Positions 41,602 through 51,049 of a DNA stretch of 64,000 nucleotides are shown in pieces (within the stretch, counting starts at the first letter, position 1; each line of letters begins with the position of its first letter). The stretch spans positions 896,001-960,000 of the forward strand of contig CBDAOI010000003.1 in NCBI GenBank assembly GCA_965198005.1. Direction: 5' to 3'. The translations under genes and the position numbers were made by a program. The DNA is from Spirochaetia bacterium (GTDB lineage: Bacteria; Spirochaetota; Spirochaetia; SZUA-6; Bin103). Below the pieces are notes generated by a model. It saw only the letters and a list, made by a program, of their open reading frames with translations, ran no database searches and was not told the DNA's origin.

Positions 41602-43083
41602 ATGAGTACGAGCTTTGACATCCGCAACTTCGTAAACGGCCAATGGTCGGCCGCGGACGCCGCCGCCGCGTCGCTGGCGGTGCTGAACCCGGCTACCGGA
41701 GAGACCCTGGGCGAGACCCCCCAGTCGCCGGGCGCCGAGGTGGACCGCGCCGTGCAGGCCGCGGCCGCCGCCCTGCCGGAGTGGCGGCGCACACCGCCCG
41801 GCGAACGGGTGCAGTACCTGTTCAAGCTCAAGGCGCTGATGGAACGCGACGTCACGGAGCTGGCGCGCACCATCACCCTCGAGAACGGCAAGATCCTCAG
41901 TGAATCGCTCGGCGAGATGACGCGCGCGATCGAGAACGTCGAGGTGGCGTGCGGGATCCCGATCCTGATGCAGGGCGACGTCCTGGAGGACGTGTCGCGC
42001 GGGATCGACGAGTTGATGATCCGCCAGCCGGTCGGGGTGTGTGCGATCATCTGCCCGTTCAACTTCCCGGGCATGATCCCGTTCTGGTTCTTTCCCTACG
42101 CCCTGGCGTGCGGCAATACGGTAATCGTCAAGCCGTCGGATCGTACTCCGCTTACGCTGCTGGCGATTGCGCGTCTGATCGAGGAGACCGGGCTGCCGCC
42201 GGGGATATTCAACGTGGTCAACGGCGGCGCGGACACGGTCAACGCGCTGCTCGACCATGCCGGCATCTCCGCGGTGAGCTTCGTCGGCTCGACCGCGGTG
42301 GCGCGGCACGTCTACGCCCGCGGTTCCGCCGCCGGCAAGCGGGTGCAGGCCCAGGGCGGGGCCAAGAATCCCGTGGTGGTGCTGCCGGACGCCGAGATCG
42401 ACATGGCGACCCAGATCGTGGTGGACTCCGCCTACGGCAGCGCCGGGCAGCGCTGTCTGGCCGCGTCGCTGGCGATCACGGTGGGCGACGCCACCGCGCC
42501 GTTCACCGAGGCGATGGCCGCGGCGGCCTCCAACCGCGTGGTCGGCAACGGCCTGGACGACCAGGTCGAGATGGGGCCGGTGATCAGCCATGCGAGCAAG
42601 GAACGGATCGAACGGCTGGTCGGGGTGGGCGCCGGCGAGGGCGCGCGCGTGGTGGTGGATGGCCGCAACGCCTCGATTGCCGGTCTGGAGCGCGGCTCGT
42701 TCGTGCGCCCCACGCTGTTGGCCGACGTCTCCGCCGGCAGCACCGTGGCCACCACCGAGATCTTCGGCCCGGTGTTCGGGGTGATGCACGCCGACACCGT
42801 GGAAGACGCCATCCGGCTGGTAAACAGCGGCGACTACGGCAACATGGCCTGTCTGTTCACCACCGACGGGCGCGCCGCGCGCCGCTTCCGCTACGAGGCG
42901 GACGTGGGCAACATCGGGATCAACATCGGGGTGGCGGCGCCGATGGCCTACTTCCCGTTCTCGGGCTGGCGCCGCAGCTTCTTCGGCGTCCTGCACGCCC
43001 AGGGCAAGCACGCGGTCGAGTTCTTCACCCAGACCAAGGTGGTGGTGGAGCGCTGGCCCGAGTACTGGTCGCGCAAGTTCTAA
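41602..43083 (+). CDS. mmsA: CoA-acylating methylmalonate-semialdehyde dehydrogenase
   Basis: PFNFP, FVGST, GGAKN, AGQRCLA, EIFGP. Confidence 0.9.
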   Translation: MSTSFDIRNFVNGQWSAADAAAASLAVLNPATGETLGETPQSPGAEVDRAVQAAAAALPEWRRTPPGERVQYLFKLKALMERDVTELARTITLENGKILSESLGEMTRAIENVEVACGIPILMQGDVLEDVSRGIDELMIRQPVGVCAIICPFNFPGMIPFWFFPYALACGNTVIVKPSDRTPLTLLAIARLIEETGLPPGIFNVVNGGADTVNALLDHAGISAVSFVGSTAVARHVYARGSAAGKRVQAQGGAKNPVVVLPDAEIDMATQIVVDSAYGSAGQRCLAASLAITVGDATAPFTEAMAAAASNRVVGNGLDDQVEMGPVISHASKERIERLVGVGAGEGARVVVDGRNASIAGLERGSFVRPTLLADVSAGSTVATTEIFGPVFGVMHADTVEDAIRLVNSGDYGNMACLFTTDGRAARRFRYEADVGNIGINIGVAAPMAYFPFSGWRRSFFGVLHAQGKHAVEFFTQTKVVVERWPEYWSRKF

Positions 43084-43245
43084 CCCGGCCACCGCGCGCG
43101 TCCGCGTCCGTGCGTGCGCGGCGCACACTTGACATGGCCGGCCGATCGCACGCATATGTAGCGTATCTGGCCCGGCAGCACCGCGGCCGGTGTGCCGCCC
43201 CGCCACCCTTCGGGACGCGCACCGGCGCAGGGCAGGGGAGGGGGC

Positions 43246-44838
43246 ATGACAGCGCTGTTGCTACGCCGGTGGCGGAGCCTCCGGCAGCAGGCCGCGGCCC
43301 AATGGGGCCGCTGGACGCTCATTCAGAAACTGGTTCTGGGCGGCGTGTCGGGCGCCACGGCCGCGCTCGTGGCGCTGCTGCTCGCGCTCGGCGCCGCTCC
43401 GTCCTCGGTCCCCCTGATCGGCGTGCCGATCCCCGACGAGTACGATCGGCTGCGCATCACCACCCGCCTCGATCAGGAGGGTGAGGACTATCAGGTCCAC
43501 CCCGACAACCGCATTTTCGTGGGCGATGCGGACACCGCGCGCCGGCTGCGGGCGGTCCTGATCCGCGAGGAGCTGATCCCGTTGCAGACCGATCCGTTCG
43601 CGCTGTTCGACGTGGACCGGTTCTCGGTGACCGACTTCGAGCGCAACGTCAACCTGCAGCGTGCGCTGACCCTCAACCTCGAGCAGCACATCGAGGCGCT
43701 CGACGGCGTTGCCGCGGCCAACGTCACCCTGGTGGTGCCGAAGCGGGAGCTGTTCGCCGAAGACCAGCACCCGACCACGGCGTCGATCATCATCACCCCG
43801 GAAGTTGGCAGCGACATCCTGGAAGACCGGACGAAGGTGGCCGGCGTGCAGCGGCTGGTGCAGTTCGCGGTGGAGGGACTGACGGCCGAGAACATCGTGA
43901 TTCTCGATCACCGGGGGAATCAGGTAAACGGGTCCGCCGGGTTGCCGCAGCTCGACCGGATCTCCCTGGCACAGCAGCAGATCACCACCAAGTTCGACTT
44001 CGAGCAGCGCTACCAGCGCGAGATCATGGCCGCGCTGGAGAAGATCTTCACTGCCGACCGGGTGCAGATCGTGAAGCTGGATCTCGATCTGGACCTGTCC
44101 ACCGAGACCACCGAGACCGAGGAACACTTTCCGATCACCCTGCGCGCGGATGATCCGCGCACGGCCGAGGACGAGTCGGTCACGCTGCCGTCGCTTACCG
44201 TGTCGCGAGAGGAACAGCGGGAGACGTCAGTCGACGGCGGCGAGAGTACCCATCTGATTCAGAACGAGGTGGTGAATCGGCGCAGCACGGTGTCCGAGAA
44301 GAGCCCCTGGACCATCGACCGCATCACCGTGAGCGTTGCGCTGGACGGCGTCTGGAACCGGCTGTACGAACCGGGCGGCAAGCTGGCGCTGACCCCGGGC
44401 GGGGGGATTCGGCGCGAATACGTGCCGGTGCCGGCGGAGGAGTTGCGCAAGGCGCAGGTGCTGATTGAGAACGCGATCGGCCTGGACCCGGAGCGCGGCG
44501 ACTCCGTGACCGTGGAGCAGCTGCCGTTCGATCGCACCGCTCAATTTCGCGCGGAGGACGCCCTGGTCAGGGAGGAGGCGCAGCGGCGGCGGCTGCTGCC
44601 GGCCGCGGGGGCGGCGGTAGCCGGAGCCGCCCTGACGCTCCTGGTGCTGGTGCGCGGCTGGGCGCGCCGCCGCCGCCGGGCCGAACTCGCCCGCGGCGCG
44701 GCGGCGGCCGGCAACGGCGCACCGCACCGGACCGCCGCCCGGCGCAAGGAGGAGCTGCGGGAGAGCGCGATCAGCCTGGCCCGCAAGCACCCCGAAGACG
44801 CGGCCCGCGCGCTCCGCACCTGGCTGTCCGACCAGTAA
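43246..44838 (+). CDS. fliF: Flagellar M-ring protein FliF
   Basis: TDFERNVNLQRAL, PKRELF...ASI, V.FAVEGL..ENIVI.D, RGDSVTV, two TM helices, RTWL end. Confidence 0.88.
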   Translation: MTALLLRRWRSLRQQAAAQWGRWTLIQKLVLGGVSGATAALVALLLALGAAPSSVPLIGVPIPDEYDRLRITTRLDQEGEDYQVHPDNRIFVGDADTARRLRAVLIREELIPLQTDPFALFDVDRFSVTDFERNVNLQRALTLNLEQHIEALDGVAAANVTLVVPKRELFAEDQHPTTASIIITPEVGSDILEDRTKVAGVQRLVQFAVEGLTAENIVILDHRGNQVNGSAGLPQLDRISLAQQQITTKFDFEQRYQREIMAALEKIFTADRVQIVKLDLDLDLSTETTETEEHFPITLRADDPRTAEDESVTLPSLTVSREEQRETSVDGGESTHLIQNEVVNRRSTVSEKSPWTIDRITVSVALDGVWNRLYEPGGKLALTPGGGIRREYVPVPAEELRKAQVLIENAIGLDPERGDSVTVEQLPFDRTAQFRAEDALVREEAQRRRLLPAAGAAVAGAALTLLVLVRGWARRRRRAELARGAAAAGNGAPHRTAARRKEELRESAISLARKHPEDAARALRTWLSDQ

Positions 44839-44855
44839 CGGACTTGCCGGCGTGG

Positions 44856-45482
44856 TCAGAAGTGACGCACGTGGGGCAGAAGTTCGCTGCCCGGGCGGCC
44901 GGCAACGGTTGCGGCCCAGCCGACCAGATCCGGACGTGAACCGTAAAGGACGAAGACCCTGCCGTCTCGCGCCGGGCCGGGACGGAGGCCACCGTCCACT
45001 CGCCAGCCGCTTGCTGCACCCGGCAACAGAGCCGCCGACGGGGCGGTCATGGCGGTAGCTCCCTGCGCTCGCAGACGCCGTGCCTCCGATTGGCAGCTTT
45101 CATACGTGCCGGGCGCACCGGTCGAGACTTCCAGCGGCAGTGCGGGCCGCTCCGGCGCAAGGTCGCGGACGCGCTGCGGACCGGGGTCCTCCGGTCGCCA
45201 GGTCCCACTCAGGAGTTGGGCAGGAGAGCGGCTGCCGAGCAGCTGGGCGAGCACGTCGCCGCCCAGCACGCGGTTCACGCCGCGCCATTCGGAGGCCGGC
45301 GTCGGCGACGCATCGAGCGCTTCGACCAGACGCCGAAACGTGTCCATCAACACGCGCGTCTTCGACCAGCTCGACGAAGAGATGTGGGAGACTCGCCGCG
45401 CCACACTGACGGCCCAATCGTGGTGGACGTCGCGGGCATTGGCGAATGCTACGAGGAAGCCGGTATCGGCGATACCCATCAC
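44856..45482 (-). pseudogene. Chimeric ORF: PIN N-terminus, antitoxin pieces and RES-like toxin C-terminus
   Basis: ADTGFLVA...D.HH, then SEW...LAQLLG|SPAQLLSG.W, then Y..CQ..ARRLR...APSAAL. Confidence 0.55.
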
Positions 45483-45682
45483 GACGGCGAGAACCCTTTC
45501 CTGGTCGAGAGGTCCTGGGCCAGTCGAACCGACCCGGCGAGGCGCATGTAGCGCCGCGTCTGTACGTCTTCACGCCGCGCCCTCTCCAACTGATCGCGGA
45601 TCAGGCGCCCTTGCGACACGCCCATTGCCTGTGCGGTCCGTTCGACCCATTCCGCGAGATCGTCTTGCAGCCGTATCGTCAA
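45479..45682 (-). CDS. Ribbon-helix-helix (CopG-like) antitoxin; start uncertain
   Basis: TIRLQDDLAEW...GVSQGRLIRDQL...DLSTRKGF; overlaps the PIN start. Confidence 0.65.
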   Translation of the reverse strand: MTIRLQDDLAEWVERTAQAMGVSQGRLIRDQLERARREDVQTRRYMRLAGSVRLAQDLSTRKGFSPS

Positions 45683-45781
45683 CGTGTGACAGGGGTGTAT
45701 CGGCGTGTCCTGGCCGGTCAGCGACTTGTCCAGATGTACATGCGTAATACTTCGGATCGACGACACCGCTTAACCTTAACC

Positions 45782-45903
45782 TTAACGAGCGGCGGGACGC
45801 TTGCGGCGCGGCTGGCGGCGGGGGCCGGAGAAGCGGCCGGTGCCGCCGCGGAGGCGGGGATCGAGCAGGTCGCGCACCGCGTCGCCGAACATGTTGAAGC
45901 TGT
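45782..45903 (-). pseudogene. 3' end fragment of a dppC permease
   Basis: FNMFGDAVRDLLDPRLRGG followed by a stop; matches dppC ends at ~3713 and ~33268. Confidence 0.85.
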
Positions 45904-45904
45904 G

Positions 45905-46843
45905 TCAGCGGTCCGCCGGCAACACCGCAACCCTGGACTCGGTCAGCGCGAAGCCGTGCTGGGCGCGATGCGGTGGGCTGTCGAACGCCTGCGTCGATTT
46001 GTACGTCTCGAAGCGGCCGTCGGCCGCCACCGGTCGCACCCTGGCCTGCAACGCAGCCTGCTCCTCCCGGCTCATGGGCGCGAAATCGCGCGCCACCGCC
46101 GTATTCTGGTCGACCTCGTCCACGGTCGTCATCCCCGATACCAGCACGCTGATGGGCTGCGAGAGCGCGAAGCCAAGGCACTCGGCGAGGGTGAGCCCGG
46201 CACCGGTCAGGAACCCCGCGTTGCCGCCCAGGGCTTTCATGCCGATGACGCCGATGCTGCGTCGCTGAGCTTCGGGCAGCACGGTGGCGATGAAGCTCTT
46301 GTAGTGCGGGTCTAGCACCGTCACCGGCATTTGCACGGTCGACCACGGGAACTCGTGCTGCAGCATCGCCATCAGGTAGTCCGGCTCCTTATGCCCGGTC
46401 GTGCCGACGAAGCGAACCTTGCCCTCCGCCAGCGCCTTGTGGGCAGCTTCGGCAGCGCCGTCGGCGGCAAACACCAGCTCGGCATCGGTGGCGTAGTTGA
46501 TCTCATGAAACTGCCACAGGTCGATGACGTCGGTGCGCAGCCGTCGCAGGCTGTCCTCGAGATTGGAGAGGGCGCCCGCGCGATCCCGGGCGCAGACTTT
46601 GGTCATCATAAAGATCTCGTCACGCCGGCCCTGGGTTGCTTCGCCCATCAGCCGCTCTGAGCGCCCGTCGCTGTACTCCCAGGCGGTGTCCATGAAGGTC
46701 ACACCCTGTTCGATCGCGCGCTGAATGACGCGCACCACCTCTCGGTCGTCTGGATTGGCGCCCGCAACGTGTCCGCCACCCATGCCCAGGATCGATACGT
46801 CCTCGCCGGTTGCGCCCAAGGGCCGTGTGGGCAAGCTACTCAT
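45905..46843 (-). CDS. Aldo/keto reductase
   Basis: LGMGG, DTAWEY..G.SE, TK, SLRRLRTDVIDLWQFH. Confidence 0.9.
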   Translation of the reverse strand: MSSLPTRPLGATGEDVSILGMGGGHVAGANPDDREVVRVIQRAIEQGVTFMDTAWEYSDGRSERLMGEATQGRRDEIFMMTKVCARDRAGALSNLEDSLRRLRTDVIDLWQFHEINYATDAELVFAADGAAEAAHKALAEGKVRFVGTTGHKEPDYLMAMLQHEFPWSTVQMPVTVLDPHYKSFIATVLPEAQRRSIGVIGMKALGGNAGFLTGAGLTLAECLGFALSQPISVLVSGMTTVDEVDQNTAVARDFAPMSREEQAALQARVRPVAADGRFETYKSTQAFDSPPHRAQHGFALTESRVAVLPADR

Positions 46844-46881
46844 GGCGGTGACCGTACACCGCAACCGGGTCTCTGTTCTAT

Positions 46882-46913
46882 TGTAGGGGGCCCCAACTGT
46901 AGGGGGCCCCAAC
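46882..46913. repeat. Perfect 16-bp tandem duplication
   Basis: TGTAGGGGGCCCCAAC x2. Confidence 0.9.
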
Positions 46914-47049
46914 CGAAGTGCGCCCGCCAGAGATTGGGCACGGGCGACGGGTGTAACACCGGCTTTTCGTCACGCATCACCGTGCCCATGAGAACGCAGT
47001 CTGCCGCGCGCGGCACACCGTCAAGAACTCACGGTTGCCGTGGTTGCCC

Positions 47050-47859
47050 TCAGCGCCCCGGTTGGAGCAGGGCGTCGATGCGGCCGCGCATGCGCCGCCA
47101 GTGGCTGCCGGGCCAGTAGAGGCGCAGGCAGCGGGGACAGCGGCTGAAGGACTGCTGCTGCACGCGCACCAGAGGGGGCAGGAGGTGCAGAATCGCGGCC
47201 TTGGCGACTGGTTCGAGCGGCTCGTTGCAGCGCATGCAGCGGGAGAACGGGCGCAACGTAGCGCCCAGATCGAAGCGACGCAGCACGAACTCCAGTTGCT
47301 GATCAGGGTCCTGGGAGCGGACGAAACAGCCGTGGGTCACCTCCCTGCGCTCCAGCAGGCGCCGGTCGCGGGTCAGGATGACGCGCTGCTCGCGCCGCGC
47401 CGCCGCCACCAGCCGGGCATCCTCGTCGTCCGCGCCGCCGGGCCGCAGCATGCCGGCGTCGGTGGCGTCCAGGCCGCACATGCGCAGCAGCGTGGCGAGC
47501 TTGATCAGGTTGGCGTCCACCAGAAACCGTAGCCTGCGCAACGGTGCGGGGCGCACCCGCGTGACGGCCGAGATGTCGAAGCTCTCGAACACCGGGTAGA
47601 CACTGGCGCGCTGGCCGTGCTGCAGCCGGTACCCGAAGTCCACCGACTCGCCGTCCACCAGCAGCAGGTCGACTTCGCAGTGCGGAACGCCGCAGTGCTC
47701 CACCAGCGCCTTGGTGGTGGTGCCGTCGTGCACCGCCACCTCGAACTCACGCCCGCGCAGGTGAAGCGGCAGAAAGTCCCCCAGCTCCTGATAGAAGCGC
47801 ACCCGCACGCGGTGCCGGCGGCCCGGTCCGAGGTGCGAGCTCCGGTCGTCCGTGGTCAT
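47050..47859 (-). CDS. Mut7-C RNase with N-terminal ubiquitin-like domain
   Basis: RFY.EL.DFL, GVPH.EVD, FLVD..L.KLA..LR..G.D, LTRD, RC..CN, C..C...YW.GSH. Confidence 0.9.
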   Translation of the reverse strand: MTTDDRSSHLGPGRRHRVRVRFYQELGDFLPLHLRGREFEVAVHDGTTTKALVEHCGVPHCEVDLLLVDGESVDFGYRLQHGQRASVYPVFESFDISAVTRVRPAPLRRLRFLVDANLIKLATLLRMCGLDATDAGMLRPGGADDEDARLVAAARREQRVILTRDRRLLERREVTHGCFVRSQDPDQQLEFVLRRFDLGATLRPFSRCMRCNEPLEPVAKAAILHLLPPLVRVQQQSFSRCPRCLRLYWPGSHWRRMRGRIDALLQPGR

Positions 47860-47969
47860 CGTAAGCTCACGGGGTGCGAACTGCGAGCAACTGCGAGCCA
47901 CTGCGCGCAACGGCGGTTGCTCTCGATGCCCCATTCCCCCGAGTATGCGGAAGCAGGAGGACGCTGGAG

Positions 47970-48314
47970 ATGGAGCAGGGGGGGGCGACGTTCGCCGGCT
48001 ATCAGCGAAAGTCCCGCAGTACGTGGAGCCGCGTCGTGGTGGATCACGCCATCCTCTATCCGACCCTGGGGCTCACCAACGAGGCGGGTGAGGTGGCGGG
48101 CAAGGTGAAGAAAATCTTTCGCGACAAGGGCGGAGTGATCGGCGAGGAGGATCGCGCCGCGCTCAAGAGCGAGCTCGGAGACGTGCTCTGGTACCTGGCC
48201 CAGATCTGCACGGATCTCGATCTGTCGCTGCAGGAGGTGGCCGAGGAGAACCTGCGCAAGCTGGCCCGGCGCCAGCAAGCGGGCACGCTGCAGGGCGAGG
48301 GCGACGACCGGTAG
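47970..48314 (+). CDS. MazG-like nucleoside triphosphate pyrophosphohydrolase
   Basis: LGL.NEAGEV..KVKK, ELGDVLWY, N..KL..R, G.GD.R. Confidence 0.9.
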   Translation: MEQGGATFAGYQRKSRSTWSRVVVDHAILYPTLGLTNEAGEVAGKVKKIFRDKGGVIGEEDRAALKSELGDVLWYLAQICTDLDLSLQEVAEENLRKLARRQQAGTLQGEGDDR

Positions 48315-48337
48315 CGTGCAACACACCCGATCATCCG

Positions 48338-50641
48338 TCACTGGAGCGAGAGCATCAGGTTGACCGCGTAGTCGGGCGGTTCGCTGGCCGTGGGGCGGTC
48401 GCGGAGGGTGCCGGAAATACCCGTGCGCAGGCCGGAGTCGAAGTCGAGACGGTAGCCGAGACGATACTCCGGCGTGCCTTCCGCCATGGACACTCCCACC
48501 CACGGCGTTCCCGTGGTCGAGCCGTCGGGGAACGGGATGCCGTAGCCGAACTCGCCAGCGAGATTCCAGCCGCTGGCGGCACCGTCGCCTGGCGGCAGAG
48601 CCACCCTCGTATCGAGTGCCCAAGGCGTCGCCTGACCGTCCCGCCCGGCCGATTCACGGGAAGAGGAGAACGTGAAGTACGGGCCCCTCGCCGAGTTCAA
48701 CTGCGGATCGTAGCGTAGCGAGCCCGCCACGCTCCATCTCCTGAGACCCTCGGCCGCATGCACCAGCAGCGCGCGCGCGTGGAGCTCGGCCGTCACGTGG
48801 TGCACCCGATGCGCGTAGCGCAGCCCGCCGCCGATCTCCGCTCCAAACCCGCTCTCCACGTCGCCGCCGTCATGCCGCATGCCGACGTCGACGAACGGGG
48901 CAATCAGCTCTCCTGATTCGGGGGCGTGTTCGTACCCACCTTCCAGCACGACACGCACCCGGGTGGCATCCGCCGACGCGGCCGCGAAGGAGGTTGACGC
49001 GTCGGCGTCGATCCGCAGCAGCAGCGCGTCGGCCTTGACCGTCAGGGCAAGACCGTTGCCCTGGTCGGGCGCCAGAATCTCCGCCAGGGCGCCGGCCGCC
49101 CCCAGCTTCATCGTGATCCCGGTATCGTTCGGCGCGGCGTCCGGCGCGGCCTCCCGGCTCTTGAGCGCCAGGGTTCCGGAGCCGATGCCGCCCGCGCCCC
49201 AGAGCGAGAGGCGGTCGCCCACCCCCACCCGCAGATACGGATAGATGCCGGTCAGAGAGGAGGACGCTTCGAGCTCGGTGCCGTCCGGCGCCACCGTACC
49301 GGCCCCTTGACTGTGGGAGACCGCGACCCCGATCAACGCGCGCTGCGCCAGGAAGTCCGCCCCTACGGTCGCGCTCCGGACACTGCCGTCCGGGGCCTGC
49401 GCGTCGTCCGCGTCTTCGAACCGCGAGAACGCTCCCCGGCCCCAGAGGCTCATCCTGGAGCCGCGCTCATCCGTCCATTCGAGGTTCGGCAGCTCGTCCA
49501 GGCGACGACCGTTGGTTCCGTTGGTTGCGGGCGGCGCCGGTCCCGGGTACTGCGCACACCGCCACCGGGGCGCCGGGTGGTCCGCAGCAGCCTCCCCCGG
49601 CCGGCGATCGCGCGCGCATCGCATCCGCTCGTCGAGCGCATCCACTACGTGGGCCGCCGCGGTACCGCCGAACTGCCCGAGCCAGTCCGTCGGTATCGCC
49701 CGCGCCGACTGCCGGTCTCGGTACTCGTCGTCGCGGATGGTGGCGGTGCCCTCGCGATCGACCAGCGTCGCGTTGCGTGCGTCGCTCAACCGCACGGTGA
49801 ACACCTCGTCCCCTTCCGCCTCGTCGTCGTCGAGCACCGGGACCGCCAGCGTCGTGCGCGTGTCACCGGGCTCGAACGTCAGTGTCGCGCTCATGGGCGT
49901 ATAGTCCGCGCTGGCCGTCGCCGTGCCGTCGAACGTCGCATACTGCACGGTCACCGCTTCGTTGCTGGCGCGGCGCAGGCTCACTCGGAACACGGCTCGT
50001 CCCTCGTTCTCGGCCACGCTCACGTCGTCGATGGCCAGCGTCGGCGGGCCGGTCAGCGCCGGCGGATCGGTGGGCGGCGTCTGGGAATTGTCCGGACGCG
50101 TCAGGGAGTCCTCGGGCGGCGGGTTGGTCGTTCCGGAGTTGTTCGAGACGCGTGCCGTGACCGGACCCGCGTCGTGTACCGGGCACTCGGCGGTGTGATC
50201 CCACACCTCGTGGGTAAAGGTGACCTGCGTATCCAGTTCGGCGTCATCCGCGGCCGTGATGCGGATCTCGCGCCACTGGTCCCAGTTGTCCTGATCGAAC
50301 TCCCAGCCGACCGACGGCACCCAGCTCAAGCCCTGGTAGTTACCGTCGGCGCGCACCGCGCCGTCGGCGCGCACCCGGACCCACCATCCGTCGGCAGTCG
50401 GTTGTTCAGTCAGCCGCAGGCGGTAGCTGACGGAGTGTCCGGCGCGGATGGTCAAGCTGGCCGGCGCGACCTCCACCGTCCCACCCCACGGAGTCGCGCC
50501 GTTGTTCTGCGCATCGACCCCGGGCGCTCCGATGCCGTACAGAAGCGCCAGCACCCCTACGGCGAACACGCCGAGAGGCCGGCCGGGGAAGCCGAGGCAG
50601 CTACACCGTTTCTGAGCAGACGCCGACGATCTTCTCAACAA
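48338..50641 (-). CDS. Autotransporter-like outer-membrane protein with Calx-beta domain
   Basis: Signal peptide, Calx-beta (DGTATASADY...DDDEAEGDE.F.V.L), Pro/Thr linker, beta-barrel-type C-half. Confidence 0.8.
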   Translation of the reverse strand: MLRRSSASAQKRCSCLGFPGRPLGVFAVGVLALLYGIGAPGVDAQNNGATPWGGTVEVAPASLTIRAGHSVSYRLRLTEQPTADGWWVRVRADGAVRADGNYQGLSWVPSVGWEFDQDNWDQWREIRITAADDAELDTQVTFTHEVWDHTAECPVHDAGPVTARVSNNSGTTNPPPEDSLTRPDNSQTPPTDPPALTGPPTLAIDDVSVAENEGRAVFRVSLRRASNEAVTVQYATFDGTATASADYTPMSATLTFEPGDTRTTLAVPVLDDDEAEGDEVFTVRLSDARNATLVDREGTATIRDDEYRDRQSARAIPTDWLGQFGGTAAAHVVDALDERMRCARDRRPGEAAADHPAPRWRCAQYPGPAPPATNGTNGRRLDELPNLEWTDERGSRMSLWGRGAFSRFEDADDAQAPDGSVRSATVGADFLAQRALIGVAVSHSQGAGTVAPDGTELEASSSLTGIYPYLRVGVGDRLSLWGAGGIGSGTLALKSREAAPDAAPNDTGITMKLGAAGALAEILAPDQGNGLALTVKADALLLRIDADASTSFAAASADATRVRVVLEGGYEHAPESGELIAPFVDVGMRHDGGDVESGFGAEIGGGLRYAHRVHHVTAELHARALLVHAAEGLRRWSVAGSLRYDPQLNSARGPYFTFSSSRESAGRDGQATPWALDTRVALPPGDGAASGWNLAGEFGYGIPFPDGSTTGTPWVGVSMAEGTPEYRLGYRLDFDSGLRTGISGTLRDRPTASEPPDYAVNLMLSLQ

Positions 50642-51049
50642 TCCACCGGTTCATGACTTCCATCATGTGTCGCAGCAGGCGATTGAATGACGCTTGCAAC
50701 TCCCCTGGATCATCGCCGTTCAACGTGACGAAGAAGTGATCCGGTTTTGATACACCGGCTCCTGCGACTGAGAATTTCCAGGAACACTTTCCTAGATTGA
50801 CGGTATTCTCGATCTCGATGTTGAATAGCCCCTCGGTATTCTGGAAGTGCGAGAGCCCGAACCGAATTCTGATTGTGATCTCCGACGCGTGCCCCGGCAC
50901 GGTTCCTGCCGGCAACGTGACCGCCGGGAGTGCTCGGCATGCTCACGCGCTCCGAATCAGCACTACCTCAATGATCGTCAATGATCGTCTCGGTCGTCTC
51001 TGACGCGCCCTTACCAAGACGGCGCGGGCGCGGTACATTACCGGTCGCG

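Noticed and set aside
45770-45786. TTAACC hexamer repeat
   Set aside because: Fewer than three full units at a fragment junction; may be chance or slippage.
50601-50946. Short minus-strand ORFs between the autotransporter and miaB
   Set aside because: No recognisable motif or RBS; probably a divergent promoter region or debris.
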